Positions 28,104 to 41,426 are shown, counted from the first letter of the whole stretch. The stretch: 63,373 nucleotides of DNA, filler included, from Octopus bimaculoides (GCF_001194135.2; 7 parts of 7 records of this genome joined end to end with filler, not necessarily neighbours in it); one strand, 5' to 3'. The notes: a model not told the origin generated them from the sequence alone. Made by a program: numbers and translations.

Positions 28104-29197
28104 TATGTACATGTGTGTGTGTGTGTTTCTGTGTGCATTCGTGCGTGTATGTTGTGTGTATGTGTGCGCGTGTGTGTGTTGTGTGTGCATGAGTTTGAGC
28201 GTGCGTGCGTGTGCGTGTGTGTATGCATGTGTCTGGCCATTCAAATAAGTTGTTCATTTAACAGATTAAGAAGCAAACAACACCGAATTAGGCAAAACAT
28301 TAATTTAGCGATTTAAAACGACGATATTCCATTGAGTACACACGTATTTAACGCTTTAGGAGACTATCAACAGATATGGCTGACAGTAAATATCTGAGGT
28401 ACGCCTTCTGCATACTAAATGCAAGTAAGGTAAAGTCTCATATACGTATTATGCGTCGGTCGTCCGATTCAAATCTAAGTCATATATATATATATATATA
28501 TATANNNNNNNNNNNNNNNNNNNNNNNNNNNNNNNNNNNNNNNNNNNNNNNNNNNNNNNNNNNNNNNNNNNNNNNNNNNNNNNNNNNNNNNNNNNNNNNN
28601 NNNNATATACATGGTGGAAATCAGCTTGTGACGTCATGAATTCGTTAAGTCATTTCAAACGTTCCAAGAGTTGAAGAAGCTTCTGTGTCTGAATTTGTTT
28701 TGAGTGAATAAGATGCTGTGACCTCTTCAGCGACACTTTCCGTCATCGTGTGTGTTCTTGCAAGAAGGGAGAGGGTGGAAGGGAGAAGGTGGTTAGGAGT
28801 GAAGAGAGAAAGTGGTTGTCAGAGCAAGAGAGGAGAGGGTGGGTGGGAGTGAAGGGAGGAAGTAGGTGTGAGAGGAAGAGAGGAGTGAGGAGGAGGGGTG
28901 GTTAAATGAAGAGGGGAGGAGTGTAAATATTTGCAAGCTATTATTTATAGCTCTATTGCCTTCGAGCTAAAGTGTTCCATAAAAGAATTATTTTATTTTC
29001 ATCCGAAGTTTCTAAATTCTTATATATTTTATCAAATATTTTGACAGCAAAAGACTATGTCTCAGTGGCTCATTGAGAATTATTCTAAGAATTAGTTTAG
29101 ATCACATCTCAATTTAGAACGCAACCATAATTTCAAAACCGCTTTTGGAGATTGTCATGCAGTAAACAAAGCAGATACGTCTTCTTCTATCTTCCAC

Positions 29198-29665
29198 GGC
29201 AGCCATCTTGACATTCACCAATCGATAATAGAATTGTAGCTGGTGTAAAATAATTCGCTGTTTTTTCTCTCTCTCACATTTCTATCTCCTACTAGTAATA
29301 CATGTCTCTCTCTCTCCTTCCTTCTCTATGTCTTTGGGTATTTACACACACTCACACGTACATAAATATAATGTGCACAATTCTCTAAAATATATTAAAA
29401 TCGGCCATATTTAATAATTATCGGATTTTGAATTATAGCAACGATCTACTGATTAATACAGTTTACAAGATTGGCAATAATATAGCCAATGAAATGTCGA
29501 TAACATTTTTAAAACCATAGCCAACCAAATCAAGCATTTTATCAACAAGTTAAAAAAAAAATGCATTTAATCAATTATGGAAATTATTTTCCTAAATATT
29601 TTTTAAATTGGAGCCAATCTACCGCGTCATTTAATTAAACATGTTTAGAAGTATAGCCAATCAAA
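29198..29665 (-). promoter_or_regulatory. Candidate housekeeping-type promoter: YY1-like CAAGATGGCTGCC plus CCAAT cluster
   Basis: Reverse complement of 29198-29210 is CAAGATGGCTGCC; CCAAT/ATTGG at 29218, 29470, 29486, 29607, 29614 and 29657. Confidence 0.4.
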
Positions 29666-29757
29666 TGCCTAAATCTATTATTTATTCGTTGTTTTTGTTG
29701 ATCTATTATTGTTGTTGCTTTGCTTTGTCTTAGGTTACTTCTGATCGAATCGCGTTC

Positions 29758-29967
29758 CAGTCGTGACCTGAGAGCCGCAGTTAAAAGCCGCGGCTCTCAG
29801 GGCCGCATGCGGCTTTAATGCATCCTTCCGGCTGCCCTCAACAGCCTTCCTTTTATAGTTATAATAAATTTTTCTTTTATCTTCTAGTGTTTTAGTGTTT
29901 TACTTTTTTGGGGTGCAGGCCCCTTAAAAAAATCTGACCCGGATTTTAAAAAGGTTGAGAACCACTG
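29758..29967. mobile_element. hAT (Charlie-like) MITE remnant
   Basis: Right end AAAAAGGTTGAGAACCACTG; GGGCCGCATGCGGC subterminal motif; 11-bp palindrome arms at 29768-29778 and 29790-29800. Left TIR is poor and no TSD is seen. Confidence 0.6.
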
Positions 29968-30792
29968 TGGCAGAGTGTGATTCCAGTTTCGATCTCACTG
30001 TACAACACTTTGGACGAGTATCTTCTACCATGACCTGGAGATTTGGTTGTTATTTCTAGCAGGTCGAATGACTGTCTAGAGAATCATTCGAAAATTTAAC
30101 CAATCTGCTTGTTGCTTTTGTTGCTGTTATTCAGATCTGGATTTTAACTTGCTCGAACATACCTTTGATCAGAGGCGTTCCAACATGGACTATCCCTACA
30201 TCATCCAGTGTATTTAAGATGGTAGGCCATGGTTTAATAGACATTTGGCTGCTATTTTTGAACAGTCGAGCATCTCTGTAAAAGAGGAGATACAAACTTC
30301 AATAGACATTCCCAGGTGTTTCCAAACTGCTGCGGTCTGTGAGGCTGACGTTCAGCTTCATCTCCCGTTAGTTGATGTCCCTCGAGGGAGGCATGGCCAG
30401 GTTGCTAAGACGTTCACTTCACAGTAACGTGATTCCATATTCAATCCAACAACACAGTACTTTCGGCAAGTATTTTCTATCACATCCCTGGTTGCATAAA
30501 CCCAGCATATCGACCGTACCGCATCCTCTAGAGACAGGCTTAATCTGCCATCCGATTTAGGACCACTTCTTGGATCTGGGGGTACTTTTGGCAGATTCCT
30601 GTATGTTGCAAGCTTTCGGGTCAGGTTTCTGCTTGTTTTGAGGAAATTGAAGGAACCCTCGTGTCCTGAAAATCTGAAAAGTTGTGGTTCGTAGAAATAA
30701 ACTCTACTACAGCTATTGAGTACTCTTTCTATCCGTTTGTACATTTAAGAATGGAGGGAGGAAGACTCAGAAGTTTCTTTAGCATTCAAAGA

Positions 30793-30823
<31 letters not shown>

Positions 30824-31001
30824 CGATCATGATCATGATCATCGTCGTCGTCGCCGCCACCACCGCCGCCGCCTGTTACCCGCACCCACTTATTGCACTT
30901 GGTATAACATTAGTGTAGCAATAATTGGGTACCCTCCCAGTAGTATATTGGATAGATACTACCCCTTAGCGGGTTGGATCCTTAACCCCTAACTCTTTTG
31001 G

Positions 31002-31037
<36 letters not shown>

Positions 31038-31074
31038 NNNNNNNNNNTACATCCATCACACATACATACATACA

Positions 31075-31109
<35 letters not shown>

Positions 31110-31943
31110 GTATGTGTGTATGTGTATGTATATGAGAACATTGTGCAAACAAACAAATAAGTGCCGCGTGCGTCTGTATTTTACATAAATAAAGGAATTC
31201 GTGAACGTTGCTAAGAAAATCGGGTAAGTGCCCCTTAGAAAACGGAAAACAGTGGCCAGTAAGTCTCTACAAGGAATCGAAATCCGCACTCCTGAAATTC
31301 CGGCTAAGCTTTCTGAACCGTTAAACTAAGGATCACCTGACGACAAATTCCATCCATTCATAAGGCTCATGCTACCCAAAAGAAATTAGTGTCACATCCG
31401 GTGAAAATCCAACCCCATCACAAAAAAAACAAAAAAAAACACCAGACAAAAACTCAAAACAAAATAAATAAAAAAAATCAAAAATTCCAGCCTCACTTTC
31501 ACCAAAAAGAAACCTTCTGCCTTACTTCTATCCATAAGAGTCCTAAGACTTCTTGCTCTCGTCCCAAACAATCCTTAGCCTTGCTTGCACCCATAAAACT
31601 CTTCTATCTTCTTGTCTCTTCCTTCTGCCTCTAAATCTCCCACCCTCATCCCCAAGCCCTACATCTACCCAGCTTTGTTCTTACCCCCCCTCCCCCCGAA
31701 AAAGCGCCTCCAGCTGAGCTAATGAGGGACAAGAGGTCAGACATTGTGGCCCAAATTAAGCAAGAGAGGTTAAGAAAACAAACAGATTATGTATGGTCGT
31801 TAAACAAACAGATTCATAAATATATACAAATAAAGAAAAAAACTACCAGTAAATCAGACAAATGCGTGTACACCCCACCACAAACATAGATATATATACA
31901 CACACATACATACGCATATAAATACACACACATATATACATAT

Positions 31944-31993
<50 letters not shown>

Positions 31994-32415
31994 GCATATA
32001 TATCTATATATACACGCATATATATCTATATATGTATGCATCTACACATATATTTACACAAATAGTGATATAAAACAAAGAAACAAATATATAGATAAAT
32101 AGATAAAGTGTTAAATTGGCGGGAAAATTATCACTGAAAATTGTTAATGACCAGCTTATAATGGCTTATAATGTGTGCCCCCCCCCCCTGTACATTAATA
32201 AGTACATAGCAACAACTACAATTACAACATCAACAACAATGGTATCAAAAATACAATGTGAAAAGCTAACAAGGCCTCTTGCGATTCGTTTTGTTATTAT
32301 TTCGTTATAGGGTGACAGTGGATGGTGAAGAAGAGTGTCGGACAATAACACTTGAATTCGTAGCTCAACGCCATGGAAATATCCCCTGGCTATGTGTATG
32401 TGTGTGTGTGTGTGA

Positions 32416-32453
<38 letters not shown>

Positions 32454-32679
32454 CAGAGAGAGTGTGCGCGTGTGTGCGTGCATGAATGAATGAGAGTGCT
32501 TATTTATCTGTCTACACACACACATATATATACATACATATATACATATGTACATACATACACAAATACATACGTATATNNNNNNNNNNNNNNNNNNNNN
32601 NNNNNNNNNNNNNNNNNNNNNNNTTAATTAATTAANNNNNNNNNNNNNNNNNNNNNNNNNNNNNNNNNNNNNNNNNNNN

Positions 32680-33085
32680 TTTCTCCATGTCAACGAAAGC
32701 CAGGTACAGAGGTTTATCCTTGGCTAGGTATTTCTCCTGCAGCTGTCTTATTAGAAATATGGCATCAGTAGTGCTTTTACCTGGCACGAACCCAAATTGC
32801 ATCTCATCTAAATTGATTCGCTCCCTAATTAGTTGGGCTATGACCCTCTCCGTAACTTTCATAACCTGATCTAACAGCTTGATGCCTCTGTAATTATTAG
32901 TGTCTAAAGCGTCACCTTTACCTTTGTAGCAGTTGACTATGGTGCTGCTACACCAGTCATTGGGTATGACTCCTTCGTGTATCACCTGGTTCGTAATACG
33001 GGTGACTAGGCTGTAGCCAACACTGCCAGATATTTTGAGCATCTCTGCAGTGATTCCTGATGGGTGAGCATCTCTGCAGTGATTC
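32680..33085 (-). mobile_element. Young RTE LINE reverse transcriptase fragment, 5'-truncated; 3' side lost in the gap
   Basis: Uninterrupted GITAEMLK...IPNDWCSSTIVNCYKGKGDALDTNNYRGIKLL...QFGFVPGKSTTDAIF...LYLAFVDMEK. Confidence 0.95.
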
Positions 33086-33329
33086 GTAAAATAATATTTA
33101 ATTAGTTTAAATGTACACAAATGCATAAAAATAATTTTTAATTCCATTACATATTCTAAAATACTATTAAATTTCATTCAATTTTAAAAAAGGTAAAATC
33201 GGACAGAACTTATGGGACGACCTGATATAGCTCAGTAAATAACTTTTTTCTTTTTTTTTTTAAATCAAGGGAGGCAACCTAGAAAATTTTAAGATTTTTA
33301 TACTTTTACTATTCTACAATTACCGAATT

Positions 33330-33438
33330 TCCACCCCACCCCCCGTTTATTCCAACCTGCCAGCGTATATGAATTTAAACAAATGCCCAACCAACCTGCT
33401 TATTCCACCCACCTGCCATTATTTGGGACCTGGGAGTA
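33330..33438. mobile_element. Possible Tc1/pogo-type DNA transposon terminus
   Basis: Ends TTATTTGGGACCTGGGAGTA, resembling a TACTC...-type TIR; the partner end was not found. Confidence 0.35.
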
Positions 33439-35012
33439 ATCAGTTTCTAATGAGGCTTCTCATAAAAATGCATAGGAGACTACTCCTACATATGGACATC
33501 TGATATAATGGGTGAGAAATACTGAATGAAACATTGCTATATTATGAGGTTACTCATGGAAGGGGAAAATAAAAGAAAAGAATGGAGTGGTTGTTTAGAC
33601 CACATTAGCTATCATTGGAGCAGACAAATGATGAGAGGCATTCAAACTGTAGTCATTCAGTTTTTGTTTAAGGCTTGTTGCCATCAAAAGCTCTCTGTTG
33701 ATACCAATAATGATTGTCTATATCTTGCATATCAAGTCTCCTCTTTTAAAATATTATAGAATGTGATGTGAAGGATATTTGGCTGTTATTTCTGTTGGGG
33801 TGAGAAACCACTCAGAGGCAGTGGTAGTGTGGACAAATTCTATGATACTAGTCATCAGAGATGAGAATTGAGTGAAACAAAGAAAGAAAAGATATGCACT
33901 TAATCTAACTCACACTCAGTGTTTGAAATTGGATGTTGTTGATAATGATGATACAGCATATAACACATCTCAAAGAATTGAGATTTGTTTCACCCCATTA
34001 ACTAAATGCACAGTAATCCTCATCAATTTATGATAAAGCGATGAATCTCTTTAGTGACTATTAGCAAAGATTCTAGGCCATACAATGACTGAGGAAAATA
34101 AGGTGATGGATGACAGAGCACGTGATTGTCATGAGTTTCAAACCCTACAACAATAACCATTGTGGTGTGCCTCTAAACAGTGTATGGCAATACAATTCTG
34201 CTCGTGTCTGCCTGACTGGTGTAAAACAACACTGAAGTAGGGGTAGATACAATTAATAACAAATTCGAATTAGAAATACCAATGCAACGATGAGATAAGA
34301 GCATCAGCTCAGTTACTAGTATTATTTTCATAACTTCAGCAAGTATAAGAGACAACTGCAGATATATTTTGCTCTTATTAAATCTTTTCAGCAAAGCAAT
34401 CCATAAAATTATATTTCAGAAAGCATGGTATATCGATGAGTTAATGTTCTCCTCGCCTTACCACATTAATATTTCTAATGAGATTTTTAATGCAATACAT
34501 TATATTCACCAATCCATTAAATATTGATTTTCTTGCAGATGGTATCTCTGATAACTTATTCTCTACTTTATGACTGAGTGGTTACAAGGAGAAAGATCAT
34601 CCATCTGTAAAATCAAAGGAGCCTCAGTTGGGCCACTTGACCTCTTTAAAAAAGCAAGCAAATCTTCCTACCAAAATCACACCTACCATCTTAAAAAGAA
34701 AAATGGAAGAAATAGCAATGTATAAATTGGTAGGAGGATCATAGCTGGAATGCTTTTGGTAAGAGGTCTGCTAGATCAGGGTTTATATAAGCTAAACAAT
34801 AACAAAATCTTACTCAAGCAAACAAGGAAAATAGATACTGCAAAAAGTGAGAACTAAAACCTCAAGATAAGGCCATAGATCTGTTTTGTCAGAATTTTGT
34901 TTCTAGTTTATCTAGGTCTCTTATAAGTCACCTATTGGTGTATGGATATATGTATGAAAGCAGCAGAGAGCAAAACACAAGAGAAGTATGAGAGTCATAT
35001 GATATTTACCAC

Positions 35013-35183
35013 CTCATCTGTTGGAAGGTCTATTTTGATCTCACCAAGCTGATCACAGGTCTCATTATCATAAATCCTGATTCGAGTGTTCAAATTGCAA
35101 GAGAAGCAGTCATTCTGGTCTTGTGTTAGAATGGCAAAAGTATCCAACTCAGAATCATAGATAACATCATTCACTGTACTCTG
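35013..35183 (-). CDS. DCAF17: Internal coding exon (171 nt, phase 0-0) of a DCAF17-like gene
   Basis: Acceptor TTTTTCCTTCTCTCTTACAG, donor GAG|GTGGTA. Peptide QSTVNDVIYDSELDTFAIL...YDNETCDQLGEIKIDLPTDE aligns with my recollection of human DCAF17 QETFKIVDYEDELDLLSV...HCNEYGTLLKSIPLVESWD. Confidence 0.7.
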
Positions 35184-36065
35184 CTGTAAGAGAGAAGGAA
35201 AAATCAACCCTTTGAATGCCAGAAAGAATAGATGGCTGAATAAGTAAATAACCAAACAATGAATGAATGAATAAATGAATGAGAGGAGAATAACAAAATA
35301 AGTAACAATCTACAAGAAATAACAGTCAGTTTTCCCCTCAAACCAAATACTACTGTCTTAAAAAGAAGTAACGCCATATCAGATAGAGTAGTGTGAGATA
35401 ATCTGATTAAAATACAAATATAAGTAGAATGGTTTTCATCACATGGCTGCTAGATTGGAGCTGAGCTAGACTTAACTGCTACTAGAGCACTTTCAATCCT
35501 GAACAGTTGTTAACGCTAAGTGGAGCACAAAACATGACCATTTGAGCCAATAACAGACCTCTGTATGGTCACTTAACCTGCTAGAAGACCAAAAGAATCT
35601 TTCTCTATTCTCATATGGCGTGAAGAAAATTACATTATCATACTTCTTGTACTAAGCAATACAATTCCTCATATTTTTTCTCTGTGAGTAAAATTGGATA
35701 GACAGAAACTGTTCAGAAACCCTTTGTATGATATATATATATATGAACAATTGAGTTACCTTTTCATCAAAAGCTAATTTAGCCATTTAATAAAAAGATG
35801 TTGATAAAGTAAGTACCAGACTGAAACCATTCAGAGCTGTGCTCCAGTATGGCAGTCCAGTTATTGAAACCAGAGAAAGAATGTACCATTAAACAGACTC
35901 ATTTATTTCTACAATAGTTTCAATTGTGAAACATTGACCCTAAATAGAGCACAAGTATACCCTACCATGGCTGCTTCTCTGATATCTAGCTGTCAACTTT
36001 TACTATAGAGTTGTGATTATTATTACATGTAAATGAGAAATTTGTCTAAGGTATGGATTACTTAC

Positions 36066-36134
36066 ATAACAAGTGGCTCTGGAATTAAAGGCACTTCGAA
36101 CATGTCTTCCTGATCTTGTGACATTGTTTAACAT
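36066..36134 (-). CDS. DCAF17: Internal coding exon (69 nt, phase 0-0) of the DCAF17-like gene
   Basis: Acceptor ATATTTTTACAG, donor TAT|GTAAGT. MLNNVTRSGRHVRSAFNSRATCY corresponds to human NVLTVTASGRVVKKSFNLLDDDPE and is collinear and in frame with the 35013-35183 exon. Confidence 0.7.
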
Positions 36135-36486
36135 CTGTAAAAATATATTATAGTGGAAATGATACATATTTACATTATTCTATATGATAGGTCAACACAT
36201 TGACACACCTCACAAAACACAAACACACATGAACTCAACTGCTAGAAGCAGCAACTAAATCTTTCAAATCACACCCCACTGTCTTAGAGAAAAAAAGAAC
36301 ATACTGGATAACCTAGTCCTACAGACACTGACTAAATAAAAGACAGGATAATAACAGCTTAAACACAGGCATAATCATAGGTCTACTAAATCAGAGTTGA
36401 CCTGAGGTTGAATAACAACATATATGGATGCAAACTAAACTACACACACACACATACACACACTCATCCAAAACACAATTCTTTAC

Positions 36487-36512
36487 CTTCATTAACATTC
36501 TCTGCTCAAGTT
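36487..36512 (-). CDS. Candidate 26-nt exon (xLEQRMLMK) upstream of the 69-nt exon
   Basis: TTTTGGTTTCAG acceptor, AAG|GTAAAG donor, ends in phase 0, compatible with the next exon. No sequence homology support. Confidence 0.35.
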
Positions 36513-37867
36513 CTGAAACCAAAATATTATTTTGAGTAAATAGATTTCTAGTTCAGATTATGGCCCACTAGATGAGGTAATGGATTACATGCTTATAAAT
36601 TATGAATTAAGATCTGCTACTGCTACTCGGTAGTCATTGTGTTTCTGGGTCAGAATATTATATTCTACATTGCCTCAGCTCAACTTGGCTTTCTGGAATA
36701 GTATCAGATCACTGGGGGGAAAGCCACCCATGTTACATTTATTTTCAGCTGAAGGGTGCCACCTAAAATGTTAGACTTCAGGGGCCTATTTTCTGGGGGA
36801 AAATGGCAAATTCATTATAAATTTATTAACCTTACTCATTAATCTAATCACAAATCATAATGGAACACTTTTGTAATATCCCTGCTTGAAATTTGGTGGG
36901 ATCGGGGTCCTGAAAAAACAATGCACACTTCACAGAGCATTGTATCATAATATGGTACTGGGTGTATTGTAGGATAATGGAAGAATGGCAAAAAAATTAA
37001 TGGCAAAGGGTGTGCAACAGCTTTGACAGCATGGTTGCATGTTCGTTTTTGTAGCAAGAAGTTGTATGTTTAAATTAATTTAAAATTCCTAAACTAAAAC
37101 TTTTTTTTTTTTTCTTACATCATCATATAACTTTGATCTCAATTTGTTTTCAAAACTAATAATAAAGTGGTTCATTGTATGATGATGCTATCAAACATTT
37201 TACATCTCAAAGAAGAAGAATAGAATTTACATATAAGTAATTTAAGTAAGTAAAATTATATGGTTTCTTATTTTTCAGTGTGTGCACATAAGAAAATTAT
37301 GGCTTATTTTCGAATGCTTACAATTTATAGGGTACTAGCAGAAATATCCAGCATTGCCTGGATTAAAGAAAATAATGAAATTCGAAAATGTCTTTTAGAT
37401 CTCTAACATGACACATGGATTATGCAGTTCTCAACAGAAATTAGCTGAGGTACAAACTATTAATGTCAATAACATATTTTGTCCAATGTTCTCACTGTTA
37501 AAATTGTTAAAAAAAAAAACAGGTAGTTCTTTGTCTTTGCAATCACCTTCAATTGTCAGTACTTATTTGAAACACATTGAACCTGAAAATGCATAAACTT
37601 GAGAAGAACCAGCCTGCAGGCACTCCTCTCCTGTTAAAAAGTACATCAACTCCATGCAAAATNNNNNNNNNNNNNNNNNNNNNNNNNNNNNNNNNNNNNN
37701 NNNNNNTTAATTAATTAANNNNNNNNNNNNNNNNNNNNNNNNNNNNNNNNNNNNNNNNNNNNTTAGAACATAAAGACCAACAAAATGCCTAGCGGCATTT
37801 TGCCCGATCTCTTAATGATTCTGCCAGCCTCAGCGCCTTAGTAATAATAATAATAATAATAATAATA

Positions 37868-38083
37868 ATCTTTTCTACTCTAGGAACAAGGCCCGAAATT
37901 TTTGGGAAGGGGACCAGTCGATTAGACCAACACCAGTACGTAACTGGTGCTTAATTTATCGACCCCAAAAGGATGAAAGACAAAGTCGACCACGGCGGAA
38001 TTTGAACTCAGAACGTAGCGGCAGACGAAATACCGCTAAGCATTTCGCCCGGCTTGCTAACGGTTCTGCCAGCTCACCGCCTT
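37868..38083 (-). mobile_element. SINE family B, full length, (AAT)n tail; a second head fragment at 37763-37838 and a decayed copy at ~38110-38295
   Basis: End-to-end match to 6813-7028; CpGs retained. Confidence 0.9.
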
Positions 38084-40468
38084 AACTCCACCAATAATGC
38101 AACGGTTACTGGTTTTGGCACAAAGCCAACAATTGTGAGAGGAAGAATTAAATGGTACCATCGGCCATAGCACCTGACTTGTAGATTTCTTCTTCCTTTT
38201 TTTCTTGTCACTGACCCTGAAAGTTTAAAACGTAAAGCTGACCTAGGTAGGATTTGAACTCAGAATGTAAAGAGCCGGAACAAATACCGCAGGGTCACTT
38301 TTTTGCTGACGCTCCGATGAATTTGTTGATCACATAACGAAGGAAGTAAGCGTGTCGCGTTATTTTGGTTTGTAATCTTATGTAGGCAGCTGATTGGAGA
38401 TGTCAGAGGGAAATATATTAAGATAACCTTTCAAAAGTCTCAGAGGAGATTTTGAGGTGGAAATTGTGGACAATTACGGGATTTTCGGAGATAATTAGCA
38501 ACAGAAAGAAATTAAGAAAAAACAGTTCCAATTCAGGGTCTTTAATATAATGAAACAATGTTATAAGACTGTATAAATTTACGTATTAAAATTTTACAAA
38601 TATCTATAAATAAATAATTTTTTTTTAAATTTATAAAACGTGTAATTTCTCCGATTATTGTTCGATTTTTCAAGATAATCAATCAATGAATGAATTACAG
38701 AAATTGGCAGTCTAAGGTTGCAGTTAGCTCCCTTCAGTTGTCCCATTTCTTCTGTAAACACGTTCCTTTATCCGCTTCACCTTCTTCATCGATGTATTCA
38801 GTTGGCAAGCAGTAAACTACACAGATTCTTCTACGACTACACTTACTACCACGTTTCAAAACTGTAGATCGGTCTCGGGAACTTACAGACCTATACAAAA
38901 ATATACAATCGGGATAATAAAAGCAGCACGAACAAAAGATGCCGGTAGGGCTTAATTAATTTATTCTTACTTATACATTATATATTAATCTTACTTTCTT
39001 TTTTTGTTTTTCCTTCGTGATAATTAATATAATTAATCTAAAGGGTTGTTTGTTTCGGCTTAATATTTTTTTTAAATATCTATTTATTGTATATTTAATG
39101 GACTTCGTAAATTTTCTAAAGAACTTGGTTGTTTTTATTCCTGTTGCAGCATTGATAAATCGATGGATTTGGTTTATATACACACACACATTCATGTATA
39201 TATATATGTGTGTATATATGGTAATATACACACACACTACACTACACATTGAGATGTGTGTATGTATGTATCTGTAACATTTGTATGTATTATGGGGATT
39301 TCATTTCAATTGACACTTGCCACGTACCTCTTTTTCTCTCAATGTAATGAAATTACTGTGGTAGCGACCCGGTTTCAATTCCCACTTATAGAACCATATA
39401 TCACGTTATACTCAACAACAATACATCTTAATTATAAGATCACTTATTATTCCTCTGTCTATATTATGCTGTTGATTAATTTCAGTAAGAATCGAAAATT
39501 TAAAGACTGGGAAAGCTTTTAATGAAATCCGGTAAATTATTTCGGTCGAAGTCGAAAACATTGCACTAAGTTCGATAATTGCTAATTCAGATGGGAAAAA
39601 AAGAGAAATATTTCCAAACATTCGAAGACAAACGGTCTTTTAAAAAATACAACCGTCAAAAAGGGTTTTATTAACGTTATGTTGGTAACACTTAAAATGT
39701 AACCATATTTTCATATTAAGACTAATAGAACTATAGTTAATATGACATACGACTAAATAAAATGTGTGTATATATATATATGTAAACGTGAGTGCGTGTA
39801 TATATATATTTATAATTATATTAACGGTTCGAATCCGGCCTAGCGCAGTGGTTCCGTTGGGAACTGTTTTCTGAATCCCTGTTATCCATTGATCTCCCCT
39901 GTACAGCATAAACAGATATGGACAGCCTGTCACTCCCTTTAAATGTGCCCGATTTCCTACAGGAGGACCGAATGGTTCCCATCGTGACACGTATTTCCCA
40001 GAAATACAACTAAATTCATGCAAAGACAGACGGTCTTACCACACATGCTGTTTGTCGAACAAAATAACAAATAATTAATTAATTAAATGCGCTCGACTCA
40101 TATAGCAATTACTGTTGATAATTTACGTGTTAGGAGATCAATATTTGCTTGTCTAACAGCTTCGCTTAACTCTAAGGCGAACGTGTGGAGCGAGGCAACG
40201 TGCGTGGAGACATGGTTATTAAGGGACATAATCGAGGTGTGTTGTGTTCGCAGTCATGTGGATTGACAAATGCCGTCCGCTGTCTTCTTTTATGTGTGCA
40301 TAACATATACGCATACAGATATGTATGTAAGCGGATACTCTCACACACACATACGTGTGTCCAATTGCATGCATATCTGTATGTCTATGTATCTAAGTGG
40401 CCTGTATATAACTTATAACAGGCCACTCAGATATATATATATATATACATGTGTGTGTTTTTACGTTA

Positions 40469-40610
40469 TGTGAAGGCGCATGGCTCAGTGGTCAGAGCGT
40501 CTGGCCCACAATCATGTGATAGTGAGTTCGATTCTCGGACCAGGCTGCGTGTTATGTTTTTAAGCAAGACACTTTATTTCATGATACTCCAGTAGAAATG
40601 AGTTGCCAAG
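40469..40610 (+). mobile_element. SINE family C, 5' part
   Basis: Reverse-complement match to 17900-18048. Confidence 0.85.
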
Positions 40611-41285
40611 GTGTATCGGTTATATCATAGAGTTTTTAAATAAGCAAAACACAAGTTCAAAAAATTAAAGAGAAAAAAAAACCAACCCAAACCAACATGG
40701 AATGTTCGTGGCAAGAAACCAGTTTACCACAATTGTACTTGTTCAGAGTTAGCTAAACAACAATCATCATTCTTAATCATATATGAGTTTGAATAATTAG
40801 AGATCAGTGTCTTTATAACAAACAAGTATTGTAGAAAAATTATAGCAAGTTGGTTGGTGTGTGACACTACAAACAGATGTTGTTTTTTGTTCAGTATACC
40901 TGAGTAAATTATGAATATGGAAACAGTTAACAATTTTTGGATAACAACACACTTTCAAGAATCCCATGGCTCTTCTACTCATGTGTATTAGTTGTGTACA
41001 CATGTCCATACACACACACATACACACCAGTACATGAAAAGCATATCGCTCCACATAATGTACACACTGGGTTACTTATACACATACATACACACATACA
41101 GGCTCACATAATTTTCAGCTCGCCCACACATATATACTCATATATACACATATATACACATATATACACATATACACATATATACACATATATACTCATG
41201 CACTCACCCCCATTCACACATACACACTTACACACATCATTCTCACATACACGCACATGCTTGCAGCCATGCTGGAGCACCACCT

Positions 41286-41426
41286 TTGGTGTTAGGAAGG
41301 GCATCCAGCTGTAGAAATCATGCCAAATCAGATTGGTGTCTGGTGCAGCCTTGCAGCATGCCAGCCCTGGTCAAACTGTCCAACCCTCACCAGTATGGAC
41401 AATGAACATTAAATGATGATAATGAT
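41286..41426 (+). mobile_element. RTE-type LINE/SINE 3' tail ending in (GAT)n
   Basis: TTGGTGTTAGGAAGGGCATCCAGCTGTAGAAA...TCCAACCC...TTAAATGATGAT; the same module is inverted at 42165-42330. Confidence 0.7.

Noticed and set aside
28606-28745. TACATGGTGG start after (TA)n and a 33-codon minus ORF
   Set aside because: Could be a Tc1-like terminus, but no partner TIR or transposase motif was found.
32311-32395. Plus-strand exon-like VTVDGEEECRTITLEF, faintly like small GTPases
   Set aside because: No DTAG/DxxG motif, no credible donor, no partner exons.
36836-36910. RSHQISS after a strong acceptor, echoing human DCAF17 SQHQISE
   Set aside because: All frames hit a stop before the good donor (TGA|GTAAGG), and no phase-compatible donor exists earlier.
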